From an uncultured Acidobacteriota bacterium (GTDB lineage: Bacteria > Acidobacteriota > Thermoanaerobaculia > Multivoradales > SZUA-115), in contig CAWDVR010000001.1 in assembly GCA_963805975.1 (NCBI GenBank), forward strand, positions 1,248,001 to 1,312,000: 64,000 nucleotides of DNA. The letters run 5' to 3'. Made by a program: the position numbers and the translations under genes. The notes under the pieces were generated by a model. It saw only the letters and a program-made list of their open reading frames with translations. It had not been told where the DNA came from and did not search any database. Shown piece after piece: positions 60,877-64,000 of this stretch. Within the stretch, counting starts at the first letter, position 1. Each line of letters starts with the position of its first letter.

Positions 60877-61818
60877 ATGATCGCCGGAGCCTCCAACGTG
60901 ACCGAAGAGCTGCGCCACGGCGTCCTGCTGATCGACAAGCAGCCCGAGTGGACCTCGCACGACGTGGTGCAAAAGGTCCGGCGGCTGATCCAGGAGAAGA
61001 AGGTCGGCCACTGCGGCACCCTCGACCCCGCGGCCACCGGACTCCTGGTGGTCACGGTGGGCCGCGCCACGCGCCTCACCCGCTTCCTGATCCGGGCTCC
61101 CAAGGTCTACGAGGGCACGGCGCGGCTGGGCATCGCCACCGACAGCTACGATGCCGAGGGCAAGGTGATGGCGGAGCGGCCCGTCGAGGGCGTGACCCTC
61201 GAGCGCGTGTCGGCGACCATGAAGGGTTTCGAAGGCGCCTTCGAGCAGCTTCCGCCGCCCTTCTCGGCGAAGAAGGTCGGCGGCGTCAAGCTCTACGAGC
61301 TGGCGCGTCGTGGCGAGGAAGTGCCGCAGGAGGCGAAGACCGTCACCGTGTTCGAGTTCGCCTCCACGAGCGAGCTCGAAGGGGAGAGCGTCGGCTTCCG
61401 GCTCGCCTGTTCCTCGGGCACCTACGCCCGCGCCCTGGTCCACGACCTGGGCACGCGGCTGGGCTGCGGCGCGCACCTCTCGGCGCTCCGCCGGCTCTCC
61501 GTCGGACCGTTTCAGGTGGGCGATGCGCTGACCCTTCCCGAGCTGGCGGCGAAGCTCGATGCCGGCCTCGAGCTGGGCACGGCCTGGCGGCCCTTCGACG
61601 AGGTTGCCCTGCCGTTCGCGGAAGTAACCATCGACGCCCAGCAGGAGCAGCGCATCCAGCACGGCCAGACCGTCCTGGTCCGCGATCTCCAGGGCGGTGA
61701 AGGAGACTGGGTGAAGCTGATCAACCTGCGGCGGCAGTTCGTCGCCGTCGGCACCGTGACCGAGCGCATCGGTAGCGCCGGGGTGGGTGTGGTGCAGCCC
61801 AAGGTCGTGTTCAAGTAA
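60877..61818 (+). CDS. truB: tRNA pseudouridine(55) synthase
   Basis: TSHDVV, GHCGTLDP, CSSGTY.R; start may be GTG 60898. Confidence 0.96.
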   Translation: MIAGASNVTEELRHGVLLIDKQPEWTSHDVVQKVRRLIQEKKVGHCGTLDPAATGLLVVTVGRATRLTRFLIRAPKVYEGTARLGIATDSYDAEGKVMAERPVEGVTLERVSATMKGFEGAFEQLPPPFSAKKVGGVKLYELARRGEEVPQEAKTVTVFEFASTSELEGESVGFRLACSSGTYARALVHDLGTRLGCGAHLSALRRLSVGPFQVGDALTLPELAAKLDAGLELGTAWRPFDEVALPFAEVTIDAQQEQRIQHGQTVLVRDLQGGEGDWVKLINLRRQFVAVGTVTERIGSAGVGVVQPKVVFK

Positions 61819-61873
61819 TCCGCTGTGGTAGGATCCACCGCGTTCCAGCAGGCCCGTTTTTAGGGAGGAATTC

Positions 61874-62146
61874 GTGTTGTCTCAGAGCATAGAAGCCAAA
61901 GCCAAGATCATTCAGGACTTCCGGCGCCACGACCACGACTCGGGCTCCCCCGAGGTGCAGGTGGCGCTCCTGACCGGCCGCATCACCGAGCTCACCGATC
62001 ACTTCAAGACTCATCCCAAGGATCATCACAGCCGTCGCGGACTGTTGAAGATCGTCGGTCAGCGCCGCCGCCTGCTCGACTATCTCAAGAAGAAAGATCT
62101 CGAGCGCTACCGCTCGACCATCGAGCGTCTCGGTATTCGCAAGTAG
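61874..62146 (+). CDS. rpsO: 30S ribosomal protein S15
   Basis: [31 protein letters not shown]. Confidence 0.97.
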   Translation: MLSQSIEAKAKIIQDFRRHDHDSGSPEVQVALLTGRITELTDHFKTHPKDHHSRRGLLKIVGQRRRLLDYLKKKDLERYRSTIERLGIRK

Positions 62147-62263
62147 CCGCGGACCGCCGCGCCCGCACTCTCGCAGCCCGAGCGCGGTTCACCGAAAATC
62201 AGCAACGTCGAAGGCCCGGCTCTCGCGATCGCGAAGGGCCGGCCTGCACACCAAGGAACCCTC

Positions 62264-64000
<1,737 letters not shown>

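Noticed and set aside
62210-62246. Hairpin upstream of pnp as a new ncRNA
   Set aside because: Consistent with the usual structured rpsO-pnp leader; too little evidence for a separate RNA.

Overview
A GC-rich (roughly 70%) diderm bacterial chromosome segment. Gene content and style suggest Acidobacteriota, possibly Thermoanaerobaculia; that assignment is inference. The window is mostly housekeeping: ndh, metK, etfBA, tolQRAB-pal-cpoB, rpsT, lptE-nusB-ribH, ihfA-merR-tRNA-Pro, der, rnr, a complex I (nuo) operon followed by rex, dnaE, miaA-hfq, comEC, cls, pyrE, an NtrX-like activator, degP, and the rimP-nusA-infB-rbfA-truB-rpsO-pnp block, plus three tRNAs. The most unusual items are: (1) three tandem paralogous Cys-conserving ECF-type sigma factors with no anti-sigma, upstream of NDH-2; (2) a nuo operon lacking nuoB/C/D/I, with a Rex box at its promoter, an IS630 inserted exactly at the nuoE/nuoF junction, and a frameshifted rex at its end; (3) a chain of four ATGA-coupled 5-codon mini-ORFs joining tolQ to tolR, part of a wider pattern of short tandem duplications at gene junctions; (4) two divergent genes whose start codons overlap, with apparent leaderless promoters; (5) a sigma54 promoter and enhancer-like palindrome upstream of degP. 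No CRISPR array, rRNA or prophage was seen. All calls come from reading the sequence and recognising motifs; no database searches were run.
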